A stretch of 64,000 nucleotides of DNA from SAR86 cluster bacterium AG-390-O18 (lineage in GTDB: Bacteria; Pseudomonadota; Gammaproteobacteria; Magnimaribacterales; AG-339-G14), in the NCBI GenBank assembly GCA_003279605.1, contig QCHF01000002.1, positions 456,455 to 520,454 on the forward strand, given 5' to 3'. The notes beneath the pieces were generated by a model that did not search any database, was not told where the DNA came from, and saw only the letters and a list, made by a program, of their open reading frames with translations. This document shows, piece by piece, positions 42,575-52,059 of this stretch (its first letter is position 1; the number at the start of each line of letters is the position of its first letter). A program made the translations under genes and the position numbers.

Positions 42575-42969
42575 ATGATTCTTATGTCTTTTGCTTGAGG
42601 TCCTTTAAGGCCATTAGTTACAACGTAACTCACTCTGGTACTTTCCTTGAGAAGCTTTCTATCTTTGATTTCCACTGAGGCGAAGTGAATAAATAAATCT
42701 CCGCCTTTGTCTCTTTCTACAAATCCATAGCCTTTGCTTGGATCAAACCACTTGATTTGACCTTTTTCTCTTCTAATCCTTCTCTTTATTTGTTTTCCAT
42801 AAACAATAATCATGCTCGAAGTATAAATACCAAGAAAAAAGAAGAGAGTTAAAAATACAAGATTTCCTTGAAAAGCTTGGCTAAAAGATTGATTTTCAAC
42901 GAACCAAAAGTAAGCAAAAGCAAATAAAAAAGAAACCAACAAAGATGAAGTCGCTCCTCTTAACCACAT
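42571..42969 (-). CDS. Cold-shock domain protein with two N-terminal TM helices
   Basis: GQIKWFDPSKGYGFV (RNP1), DLFIHF (RNP2) and KGPQA motifs; hydrophobic N-terminal half. Confidence 0.9.
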   Translation of the reverse strand: MWLRGATSSLLVSFLFAFAYFWFVENQSFSQAFQGNLVFLTLFFFLGIYTSSMIIVYGKQIKRRIRREKGQIKWFDPSKGYGFVERDKGGDLFIHFASVEIKDRKLLKESTRVSYVVTNGLKGPQAKDIRII

Positions 42970-43005
42970 AAGGATATTATATCGTTAATGTTATAAAGCT
43001 AAAAA

Positions 43006-45738
43006 CTACTTTAATTTTTCAAGAGTTTTAATGTGTTTTTCAGAAGTAACAATTTTTTTAGAAATTTCTTTTAAATTTCGTTTTCTTTCTAGAATCAGTG
43101 CTTTTGGAGCATTCAAAAGAAATTTTTTATTATCGAGTTGATTTTTCAGGCCTTGAAAAGATTTGTTAAATTTTTCTAGGTTTTTGTGATTCCTTGCAAT
43201 TTCAGACTGAGGGTCAATAAGACCTTGTAGTGGAATATGAATTTTCGTGCCATCAACAAGAGAAATTGCTGAAGGAGGGATGTTTTTGCTTAAAAACTTA
43301 ATCTTTTTAACTCTTGTTAAGTTAAGCAAGTAGTTTTTATTTTGCTCCAGTAATTTTTTAATGTTTTTATTTTTTTCGACAATGATGGTGATATCTTTCT
43401 TAGGAGAGATAAGCATTTCAGATCTTATGTTTCTAATGCCTGAGATTACTGATCTCAAAGATTCAATATTCTTAAGATTAGAGGTTCCTATATATTTTGT
43501 CGGAAGTTTTGCAATCATAATGCTCTTTTCCTTTGCATTGAATGTTTCTTTGAAGGATTGCCAAATTTCTTCTGTAATGAAAGGCATCATGGGATGGGCT
43601 AATTTGAGTGTCTTTTCAAAAATATCTAATAAGGAATTTTTTATTTGGGCTTTCTCGGCATTAGTAATATCTTGGTCATTAAGTCTAATTTTGCAAAACT
43701 CAATGTACCAATCGCATAACTTTTCCCAAATGAATTCGTAGAGAACTTGTGTAGCCAAGTCGAATCTAGAGTTGTCGATATGATCAACATAACTTTCTAA
43801 ACTCTTGTTGAATTCAGATCTTATCCATTTATCGATTGGGTCATCACTTAGTTTCTTTGATTTTTCATATCCTTTGCATTGAAGCTTGATAAATCTTGAG
43901 GCATTCCATAACTTGTTACAGAAGTTTCTGTAGCCTTCAACTCGTTTGACATCAAAGTTTATGTCTCTACTTCCCGATGCCAGAGATGCAAAAGTAAGCC
44001 TAAGAGCATCTGTTCCAAAAGAAGGTATTCCAGAGGGAAACTCTTTTTTTGTTGCTCTCTCAATTTTGTCTTTCAAACTTGGCACAATTAAGTTTTCAGT
44101 TCTTTTTGCTATTAAAGTTTTCAGAGGGATTCCATCAATTACATCAATTGGATCAATTATGTTTCCTTTTGACTTAGACATTTTTTGACCATCTGAATCT
44201 CTTACCAGTCCGTGAATAAAAACCTTTTTAAAAGGAGGCTCTTTTAGAAATTTTTGCGAAATCATGATCATTCTGGCTACCCAGAAGAATATGATGTCAA
44301 ATCCCGTAACCAAAATGGAAGTGGGGTGGAATTTTGCAAGTTGTTTGGTTTTTTTTGGCCAACCTAAGGTCGCAAAAGTCCACAATTGCGAGGAAAACCA
44401 CGTATCCAATACATCCTCATCTCTTATTAAGATTCCAGAAACTTTGTTTTTCTTTCTTACTTCTGCTTCGGACTTTCCAACATAAACTTTTTTATTCTCA
44501 TCGTACCAAGCCGGAATTCTATGTCCCCACCACAATTGACGACTGATACACCAATCTTCAATATCCTTCATCCAATTAAAGAAAGTTTTTTCCCAGTTTT
44601 TTGGTACGAATTGAACTTTTCCGTTTCTAACTAATTTCGAAGCCTCTTGAGCCAGATCTTTTGTTTTCAAATACCATTGTTCTGTTAAATAGGGTTCTAA
44701 AATTTCTCCTGTTCTTTCGCCACGAGGAATAGCTAGTTTGTGCTTTTCACTGCCCACAAGTAAATTTGCTTGATCTAAATCTTCGATGATAATTTTCCTT
44801 GCCTCAAGCATTTTTAAATTCTGAAATTTCTTAGGTACGTTTTCGTTCAAAGTTCCGTCTTTATTTAAAATATTTAGAAACTCGAGTTTATGACGTTTGC
44901 CAATTTCAAAATCATTGAAGTCATGAGCTGGAGTTACTTTCAGACAACCCGTACCAAACGACATATCTACATAGTCATCAGCAATTACAGGTATCTCTCT
45001 ATCCGTTAGCGGCAATTTAACTGTTTTACCGATAAGTTTTTTATACCTTTTATCTTTGGGATTTACGGCAACAGCCATATCTCCTAATAAAGTTTCTGGC
45101 CTGGTGGTTGCTACCGTTAAGTGACCTTTATCGTGTTCATACTTGATGTTCCAGATGAAAGAACTTTCTTCTTCATTGGAAACTTCAAGATCTGATAGTG
45201 CTGTTTGCAGAGAGGGATCCCAATTAACGAGTCTATAACCTTTATAAATCAGACCCTCATCGTAAAGCTTACAGAATACTTCCGATACTGCATTGCTGAA
45301 TTCAGCATCCATAGTAAATTTTTCAGTAGACCAATCCACTGAGGAACCAAGTCTTCTAAGTTGCTTGGTAATGGTATTGCCAGAATACTTTTTCCATTTC
45401 CAAATTTCTTTCTCAAACTTACTTCTGCCAAGAGATTCTCTTGTCTTGCCTTCACCTTCAAGTTTTCTTTCAACAACTAACTGTGTTGCGATGCCTGCAT
45501 GGTCCGTACCGACTTGCCATAAGACGTCATACTGCTGCATCCTTTTTAACCGCGTCATAATATCCATTAAGGTATTTTGGAACCCATGACCCATATGCAG
45601 GCTACCCGTAACGTTGGGCGGCGGAATCATAATAGAAAAAGTTTTTTTTGATTTATAGGTGGGTTTAAAAAAACCAGATTTTTCCCAAAACCTATACCAT
45701 TTTTTTTCTAAACTTTTTGGGTTGTAAGTCTTTTTCAC
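43006..45738 (-). CDS. valS: Valine-tRNA ligase
   Basis: PPPNVTGSLHMGH, DWCISRQLWWGHRIP and KMSKS motifs. Confidence 0.99.
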   Translation of the reverse strand: MKKTYNPKSLEKKWYRFWEKSGFFKPTYKSKKTFSIMIPPPNVTGSLHMGHGFQNTLMDIMTRLKRMQQYDVLWQVGTDHAGIATQLVVERKLEGEGKTRESLGRSKFEKEIWKWKKYSGNTITKQLRRLGSSVDWSTEKFTMDAEFSNAVSEVFCKLYDEGLIYKGYRLVNWDPSLQTALSDLEVSNEEESSFIWNIKYEHDKGHLTVATTRPETLLGDMAVAVNPKDKRYKKLIGKTVKLPLTDREIPVIADDYVDMSFGTGCLKVTPAHDFNDFEIGKRHKLEFLNILNKDGTLNENVPKKFQNLKMLEARKIIIEDLDQANLLVGSEKHKLAIPRGERTGEILEPYLTEQWYLKTKDLAQEASKLVRNGKVQFVPKNWEKTFFNWMKDIEDWCISRQLWWGHRIPAWYDENKKVYVGKSEAEVRKKNKVSGILIRDEDVLDTWFSSQLWTFATLGWPKKTKQLAKFHPTSILVTGFDIIFFWVARMIMISQKFLKEPPFKKVFIHGLVRDSDGQKMSKSKGNIIDPIDVIDGIPLKTLIAKRTENLIVPSLKDKIERATKKEFPSGIPSFGTDALRLTFASLASGSRDINFDVKRVEGYRNFCNKLWNASRFIKLQCKGYEKSKKLSDDPIDKWIRSEFNKSLESYVDHIDNSRFDLATQVLYEFIWEKLCDWYIEFCKIRLNDQDITNAEKAQIKNSLLDIFEKTLKLAHPMMPFITEEIWQSFKETFNAKEKSIMIAKLPTKYIGTSNLKNIESLRSVISGIRNIRSEMLISPKKDITIIVEKNKNIKKLLEQNKNYLLNLTRVKKIKFLSKNIPPSAISLVDGTKIHIPLQGLIDPQSEIARNHKNLEKFNKSFQGLKNQLDNKKFLLNAPKALILERKRNLKEISKKIVTSEKHIKTLEKLK

Positions 45739-45740
45739 TT

Positions 45741-46184
45741 TTAGTTAATGTAAGTGGGATCCAATCCATCAATTTTACATTGTTTGAAGCTCTCTCTTGC
45801 CTGATTTTGCAAAGAAGCATTATCTTTAATGACAATTTGAAACACAGTATCGTAGTCTTGGTAGTCTGGAGGCAGCTTTGGATTTAGATTAATCAAAGTT
45901 GAAAAATCATTTTTTACCTTTATACCTGGATAAGATATTTCAAGAGGACAAGAGGGTATTTTTGCATCGTTAGAAATCTTATGAGCTAAAAAAACCTCAT
46001 TAAGGTCATCCCAAAGCTTCTGATCGAGTTCATTAGCTTGAGTAGCATCATTACACCTCAGGTTAATTTTATTCTGAGGAGATGACCCAAGTTCTAAAAA
46101 TTTTTCTTCAACAAACTTGAGTAAGAAACTTATGGCTTCTTTTTCATCTTCTCCAGCAGAAATAAAACTTATTTCTTGGGTCAT
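45741..46184 (-). CDS. holC: DNA polymerase III chi subunit
   Basis: ANELDQKLW..VFLAH, LINL and QARE motifs; conserved pepA-holC-valS order. Confidence 0.85.
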   Translation of the reverse strand: MTQEISFISAGEDEKEAISFLLKFVEEKFLELGSSPQNKINLRCNDATQANELDQKLWDDLNEVFLAHKISNDAKIPSCPLEISYPGIKVKNDFSTLINLNPKLPPDYQDYDTVFQIVIKDNASLQNQARESFKQCKIDGLDPTYIN

Positions 46185-47677
46185 GCACTGAGTAAATATT
46201 CAGACAAGAGAGGGACAGGTCTTCCTGAAGATACCTTTTGTCCTCCAATTCCGTATGCCGTTCCCGCAATATCTAAATGTGCCCACTTGTACTTTTCGGT
46301 GAATCTTGAAAGAAAACAAGCAGCTGTTATTGTGCCGGCAGAACCACCTATGTTTGCGATATCGGCATACCTGCTTTTTAAACCACCTTGGTACTCATCC
46401 CATAGAGGCAATTGCCAAGCTTTATCACCACTTGTAATTCCCGAGCTAAGAATCTTATCAGCCAATTTTTGATCATTTGACATAACGCCTGTAGCTTCAT
46501 GCCCAAGCGCTACGATCACTGCACCCGTTAGGGTAGCGATATCAATAACACTTGCTGGCTTAAATCTTTCTACATAAGTAAGTGCATCACACAATACCAA
46601 TCTACCTTCAGCATCCGTATTAAGTATTTCTACGGTTTGGCCTGACATAGTGCTGACAACATCGCCTGGTTTTGTGGCAGTGCCACTTGGCATATTTTCG
46701 GCTGAAGCAATTACGCCAATAATATTTTTCTTAGGTTTTAATTCAGCAATCGCTCTCATCGTACCTAATACACTAGCTGCTCCAGACATATCATATTTCA
46801 TTTCGTCCATAGCACGAGAAGGTTTAATGCTTATCCCTCCGGTATCAAAGGTAATTCCTTTTCCAACAATGATATGCGGTTGTTCATCCTTTTTACCCCC
46901 GGCATAGTTCATGATAATGAGCTTCGATTCTTGTACGCTACCGTTGCCAACAGATAAGAGGCAGTCCATACCTAATTTTTTCATTTCTTTTTCACCGAGA
47001 ACCTTGGTTTTTACTGCAGAAAAAGTTCTTGATAAGGCGCGCGCCTGATTTGCAAGATGCGTAGGGGTGCAAATGTTTGCAGGGGTATTTGCAAGCTCTT
47101 TGCTGAAATTACTTCCTGCACCAATGATTTGACCTTTTTTAAGAGCTGCAGACAGACCTACTTTTTTTGAATCCATAAATATTTCTACTTTTTTTAAGAC
47201 ATTTTTAGGTTGATTCTTTTTGCCTTTAAAAAAGTATTGATAGCTTGATGCTTCCAGATGTCTGCCCAATACCTCAACCGTCCAACTGGTATCTCTATTT
47301 TCTATCGAAACTTCAGGAATGATTATTTTTACCGAAGCAGATTTCGATGCCAATGCAGCGCTTGAAATTGATTGGCAAATTTTGAAATAGTCTACTTCTG
47401 AAATCTTTTTATTTTTTTTGCCTGTTCCAACAAAATAAGATTTTTCAGCTTTAACCCCACTAATGGCAGGTAAATAAACGCTATTTCCAATTTTTCCGGT
47501 AATCTCTTCTCTGGAAATAAGTTTTTTTATTGTGCCATTGCTAACTTCATTGATTACTTTTAAATTGCCATCAAGAGTTTTGGCTTCGCTAACACCTATA
47601 ATTAAAGTTTGAAATTTGTCTTTTTTGAAATTTAACTTTTTATTTGACGATATTGATTGATTTAATAATTTCTTCAT
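46181..47677 (-). CDS. pepA: Leucyl aminopeptidase; likely start is the ATG at 47677 after a GGAG SD
   Basis: VGKGITFDTGGISIK, MKYDM, NTDAEGRL and WAHLDIAG motifs. Confidence 0.98.
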   Translation of the reverse strand: MKKLLNQSISSNKKLNFKKDKFQTLIIGVSEAKTLDGNLKVINEVSNGTIKKLISREEITGKIGNSVYLPAISGVKAEKSYFVGTGKKNKKISEVDYFKICQSISSAALASKSASVKIIIPEVSIENRDTSWTVEVLGRHLEASSYQYFFKGKKNQPKNVLKKVEIFMDSKKVGLSAALKKGQIIGAGSNFSKELANTPANICTPTHLANQARALSRTFSAVKTKVLGEKEMKKLGMDCLLSVGNGSVQESKLIIMNYAGGKKDEQPHIIVGKGITFDTGGISIKPSRAMDEMKYDMSGAASVLGTMRAIAELKPKKNIIGVIASAENMPSGTATKPGDVVSTMSGQTVEILNTDAEGRLVLCDALTYVERFKPASVIDIATLTGAVIVALGHEATGVMSNDQKLADKILSSGITSGDKAWQLPLWDEYQGGLKSRYADIANIGGSAGTITAACFLSRFTEKYKWAHLDIAGTAYGIGGQKVSSGRPVPLLSEYLLSA

Positions 47678-47739
47678 TTCTTCTCCATACAAAAATTACT
47701 GTTAAACATGTGGGATAATACCCTAAGAATATAATAGCA

Positions 47740-48894
47740 ATGCCAAGAATTATTACATTATATTTAATAGGACAAGTAACTAAGATTAGTTTTTTAACTT
47801 TAATTGTTTTATTTAGCGTTTTTTTTCTAAACGAGTTTACGGTCTATCTTGAAAAAGTCTCAAGCGGTGAGCTTTATCCTGAACTCCTGATACTGGTTTC
47901 GATTTACAGCATGTCTGAAATTGTTGAGGTCGTGCTCCCGCTGAGTGTTTTTATCGGGACCATTATTGCCATTTATCGCCTTGATCAGAACAATGAATTA
48001 TTGGCTTTTTCTAAAATGGGCCTTGGAAAGCGAAAGGTCGTTTTAGTTTCCTGTATTCCAGCTATATTTTTTGCGCTTTTTGTTGCTTTGGTTTCCTTTT
48101 ACCTCACTCCACTTTCAAACAACAAACTTGCGTTTTTAAACGATGTTGAAAGATTTTCAGATAGATTTAAATTAATGGGAGCAGAAAAGATCAATGTCCT
48201 TGATGATCTGAATGCAATTTTTTATGCAAAGGAGGCTTCAGATAGGGGCTTCCAAGATGTCTTTTCGAGTTTTGAAACCAACGAATCGGAATTTGTTTTG
48301 ACTGCTGATGAATTAATTTCAAAACCCTTAAATGAAAAAGAAAACCAGATATCTTTTGAGTCTGGTAAATTTTCCATTTTATCTGAAGCCATGCCACTGG
48401 ATTTTAGCTTTGACGAATTCTTTTTAATTCTGCCAAAAAAGCCAATACTCAATATTGAGGATTTAAAAAGAAAATATTTTCACGAATTATTGTTTACTAA
48501 AGATTCAGAGCGAATTGAATTACTAAAACGCTCTTCCATGCCTTTAATCATTATCATTTCAGCTTTGATAGCAGCATCTTTAACCATGAGATTGAAAGAG
48601 TCGGGGCGTTTTTATATTTTTCTTTCTGGTCTAATTATATTTATGTCTTATTATGGACTATCGCTTTCTCAGGAAGTCTTTAGTAATTTTTCTCTAAATT
48701 CAACGATGGTCTTTTTTAGCATTCACGGTATTTATTTGATTGCAGCCATTATGTTAGCACTGGATCAGAGTTATCAAAATTTTAGTTTTAATTTTGGCGG
48801 CTTAAAATATTCAAGAAACTTCATGATCAACCTCTTTGTTCTATTTTTAATTGCCACTGTATTTTCTTATTTGGTTTTTTATGTCTTCTTATAG
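47740..48894 (+). CDS. lptF: LPS export ABC transporter permease LptF
   Basis: LPLSVFIG...RLDQNNEL..GLG motif; divergent from pepA and paired with lptG. Confidence 0.85.
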   Translation: MPRIITLYLIGQVTKISFLTLIVLFSVFFLNEFTVYLEKVSSGELYPELLILVSIYSMSEIVEVVLPLSVFIGTIIAIYRLDQNNELLAFSKMGLGKRKVVLVSCIPAIFFALFVALVSFYLTPLSNNKLAFLNDVERFSDRFKLMGAEKINVLDDLNAIFYAKEASDRGFQDVFSSFETNESEFVLTADELISKPLNEKENQISFESGKFSILSEAMPLDFSFDEFFLILPKKPILNIEDLKRKYFHELLFTKDSERIELLKRSSMPLIIIISALIAASLTMRLKESGRFYIFLSGLIIFMSYYGLSLSQEVFSNFSLNSTMVFFSIHGIYLIAAIMLALDQSYQNFSFNFGGLKYSRNFMINLFVLFLIATVFSYLVFYVFL

Positions 48895-49921
48895 TCTTAT
48901 TTTTGGTGATACTTTAGACAATCTTTTTACACGGTATGCCTGGCGCTTTCTAATTCTTACTGTTGGGGTATTTTTTTTACTGGATTTGGTTCTCTCGTTT
49001 CTGAATGAATTTGAAGATTTAAGTGAATTTTATTCATTTGATAAGATTCTACTCTTTTTGGCATTTACGTCAGTTGATGCAGTTTTTGATATTTTTCCTT
49101 TAAGCGCAATTGTTTCGACAATTATGTGTATGGGTGCAATTTCAGATTCAGGAGAATTGATAGCAGCAAGGGTATCTGGAAAAAAATTATCCAGAATTGT
49201 CTTTGCGGTTCTAAAGCCAGTAATTTTTGGAATCACAATAATGCTCGTTTCATGGCAATTTTTTATTCCTAATCTTCAAGAGGCTGCCAATAAATTGAAA
49301 TTCGAACCCGCATCTAATGTCTCTGAACAAAAAGAACAGTGGGTGTTTAAAAACGATCGGTTTTCAAAAGTAACAGATCGGGGTGTCAGCAAAGAAGTAA
49401 AAATTTACGATCTCGATGAAAAAGGAAACGTCGATAGCATTGTCATCGCTGAAGATTTTGAAATTACTGAAAACGAGTGGGTTATTAAAGAGGTAAGTGA
49501 TTACAAGGAAAATATTGGTAAGTCAGATTTTGTCTGGGAAAATGCCCCAAAGTTGGCTATGAATTATTCCATGAAAGGTCTAAAACACATGTCCTTGACG
49601 GATAACTATTATTACTGGCAATCCATCAACGAAGCCGCTGACCGAAACAAAGTGGGTTACCAATTTTGGAAGAAAATGCTTGAACCCATTTCTTTGATCT
49701 GTCTTATTATTTTTGCTTTAGCCATTTCTCTGAGAGCCGTGGGTAGGAACAAAAGTGTCGATCGCTTCGTCTTAGGAATTTTAATTGCCTTTGGCTTTAA
49801 CCTTTTAATTAAAATCTTCGGCAATATTTCTTTGATTCTCGGTTGGAGTGCTTTTTGGGGAATTCTGCTGTCTTCTTTGCTTCTGCTTTACTTCGGCATA
49901 AGAATCATTCGACGCGTTTAG
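48881..49921 (+). CDS. lptG: LPS export ABC transporter permease LptG
   Basis: GAISDSGELIAARVSG and FWKKMLEP motifs; follows lptF. Confidence 0.85.
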   Translation: MSSYSLIFGDTLDNLFTRYAWRFLILTVGVFFLLDLVLSFLNEFEDLSEFYSFDKILLFLAFTSVDAVFDIFPLSAIVSTIMCMGAISDSGELIAARVSGKKLSRIVFAVLKPVIFGITIMLVSWQFFIPNLQEAANKLKFEPASNVSEQKEQWVFKNDRFSKVTDRGVSKEVKIYDLDEKGNVDSIVIAEDFEITENEWVIKEVSDYKENIGKSDFVWENAPKLAMNYSMKGLKHMSLTDNYYYWQSINEAADRNKVGYQFWKKMLEPISLICLIIFALAISLRAVGRNKSVDRFVLGILIAFGFNLLIKIFGNISLILGWSAFWGILLSSLLLLYFGIRIIRRV

Positions 49922-50334
49922 ACTTTTACCAAAAACGTTTTTGATAAAATATCGTTTAAAGTTTTTTTATCCTTACGAAATAACATCGGTAGATAATTCA
50001 AGCCAAATAATAAAGTGAAGATCAATCCCAGTAGACATCGATAAACCATTCTCCCAAAACTTACGTCAAGAGAGTCTTCTTGAGCCAAGCGAACTTTCCA
50101 AACTTGCATGCCTAAGGTTTGACCTTTATTTTTTTTCCAAAAATAACAGTAAAAACCAACACCCAAAGCTAAAAAAACTAAATACATCAAAGGGCTTTCC
50201 ACTTCGGTATTGAATGCATAAGTAATGAGCAGGGTGAGACCCACACAAAGGGCAATGATTAAAATCAAATCATAAAAAAGAGCAACCATTCTCCTGAAGA
50301 AGCCTGCTGGTTTATAATTTAAAGTAGAATTCAT
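49918..50334 (-). CDS. RDD family membrane protein; likely start is the ATG at 50334
   Basis: AGFFRRMVALFYD, GQTLGMQVWKVRL and LNDILSKT motifs; usual position after lptG. Confidence 0.9.
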   Translation of the reverse strand: MNSTLNYKPAGFFRRMVALFYDLILIIALCVGLTLLITYAFNTEVESPLMYLVFLALGVGFYCYFWKKNKGQTLGMQVWKVRLAQEDSLDVSFGRMVYRCLLGLIFTLLFGLNYLPMLFRKDKKTLNDILSKTFLVKV

Positions 50335-50337
50335 ATT

Positions 50338-51825
50338 ATGTCTGAACAAGAAGCTAATCTATCACAAAGCAATTTCTTCGGTCATCCCATTGGCTTAAGA
50401 ACCTTATTCTTTACTGAGCTCTGGGAGCGAATGTCTTATTACGGCATGCGTGGCTTGCTGGTTCTTTACATGACCATTGGTGTGGTTGGCAATCCAGGAC
50501 TGGGTTGGTCAAACGTAGAAGCCAATGCCATTTATGGCATTTATGCTGGGATGGTTTATTTCTTAGCTTTGCCAGGTGGTTGGCTTGCAGATAATTTATT
50601 GGGTTATCAAAAGGCCGTGCTTTATGGTGCGCTCATTATCATGTTGGGACACTTTACCTTGGCCATTCCTTTGGAAGAGACTTTTATCTTGGGCTTGGCG
50701 TTTGTTGCGATTGGTACCGGTCTTCTAAAACCCAACATCTCTTCCATCGTGGGTCAACTTTATGCGGATCAAGACGAACGCAGAGATTCAGGGTTCACCA
50801 TTTTTTACATGTCGATCAATATTGGGAGCATGCTGGGCTTTGCTGTTTGCGGTTACTTAGGCGAGCGTATCGGTTGGCATTGGGGTTTTGGTGCTGCAGG
50901 CATAGGTATGCTTTTTGGGGTTATTCAATTTGTTTATTTTCGAAGTCAGCTTGGAACTGCTGGCTTAAATCCAAATGAGATGGCAGAAGGGCGCAGAAGC
51001 ACTTTGAGACTTTGGACCATCATTACGGTTATATTTTTTGCAGCAGTGGTCATCTCAGGAGTCCTTGGGCTTTGGAGCATTGATCCAGTATTCTTTGCCG
51101 AACGTTTTCGTGACTTTTTGGTAGTGATCTCATTTATCTATTTTGGTTACTTGTTCTTCTTTGCAGGTCTTACTAGCTTTGAGAAGAAAAACGTTTTGAT
51201 GCTTTTACTTTTATTTGTGGGAGCGGCTGCTTTTTGGTCAGGCTTTGATCAGTCGGCAGGTTCGTTATCCATCTTTACCAGAGATTATGTCAATCTTACT
51301 TTTGGTTCTTTTCAAGCGCCTGTCAGTTGGACGCAATTCTTAAACCCACTTTTTGTGGTGATGTTTGCACCGTTCTTTGCTTATCTTTGGGTCTTTTTGG
51401 GGAAAAGAAATTTAAATCCCAATACGCCTATTAAATTTGCCATTGGGTTAATTTTCATGGGTCTAGGCTTTATTGTAATGCTCTACGCTGTGCAATACGC
51501 TATGGTTGAAGCGCCTGTAGGAGTTCAATGGTTGCTTTTGACTTATCTCTTACACACCTTTGGTGAATTGGCTTTATCGCCAGTTGGTTTATCTGCTTTT
51601 TCAAGATATTCGCCGAAAAAATATCTTGGCCAAATGATGGGTTTGTGGTTTTTGGCTTCCTCTCTTGGAGGAGTCCTTGCCGGACTGTTTGGTGGGGAAG
51701 CAACCGAATCCGGTTTGAGTAGTATGACACCAATATTTTCTGAACTGATTTATTATTATTTAATCATAGCAGCAGTCTTAATAGTTCTTTCTTTTTTTAT
51801 AAAAGGATCTTTAAAAGAGAGGTAA
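50338..51825 (+). CDS. Proton-dependent oligopeptide transporter (POT/PTR family)
   Basis: FFTELWERMSYYGMR (ExxER motif), GTGLLKPN and GFTIFYMSINIG motifs. Confidence 0.96.
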   Translation: MSEQEANLSQSNFFGHPIGLRTLFFTELWERMSYYGMRGLLVLYMTIGVVGNPGLGWSNVEANAIYGIYAGMVYFLALPGGWLADNLLGYQKAVLYGALIIMLGHFTLAIPLEETFILGLAFVAIGTGLLKPNISSIVGQLYADQDERRDSGFTIFYMSINIGSMLGFAVCGYLGERIGWHWGFGAAGIGMLFGVIQFVYFRSQLGTAGLNPNEMAEGRRSTLRLWTIITVIFFAAVVISGVLGLWSIDPVFFAERFRDFLVVISFIYFGYLFFFAGLTSFEKKNVLMLLLLFVGAAAFWSGFDQSAGSLSIFTRDYVNLTFGSFQAPVSWTQFLNPLFVVMFAPFFAYLWVFLGKRNLNPNTPIKFAIGLIFMGLGFIVMLYAVQYAMVEAPVGVQWLLLTYLLHTFGELALSPVGLSAFSRYSPKKYLGQMMGLWFLASSLGGVLAGLFGGEATESGLSSMTPIFSELIYYYLIIAAVLIVLSFFIKGSLKER

Positions 51826-51835
51826 AAATAGATTT

Positions 51836-52009
51836 TTAAAAAAATATTTCTATAAGAAATGTTGCAAGAAAATAAACAATTCCCAAGGCAATTATTCCTG
51901 CTAAAAATTCCCAAAATGCACCGCTAAGATTAGTACCTCCGCAAGTGGGACAGGTTCCAACATAATCTGCAATTGTTGCCCCACATGCGTCGCATTTTTT
52001 AGTAGCCAT
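51836..52009 (-). CDS. Unannotated 57-aa zinc-ribbon membrane microprotein
   Basis: Manual translation gives MATKKCDACGATIADYVGTCPTCGGTNLSGAFWEFLAGIIALGIVYFLATFLIEIFF*: CxxC-x10-CxxC plus a C-terminal TM helix; fills the gap between neighbouring genes. Confidence 0.8.
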   Translation of the reverse strand: MATKKCDACGATIADYVGTCPTCGGTNLSGAFWEFLAGIIALGIVYFLATFLIEIFF

Positions 52010-52059
52010 TAATGTAAAATTAATCTCTAATAGAGTATATATTTTTTTGGGAGGAAAAT

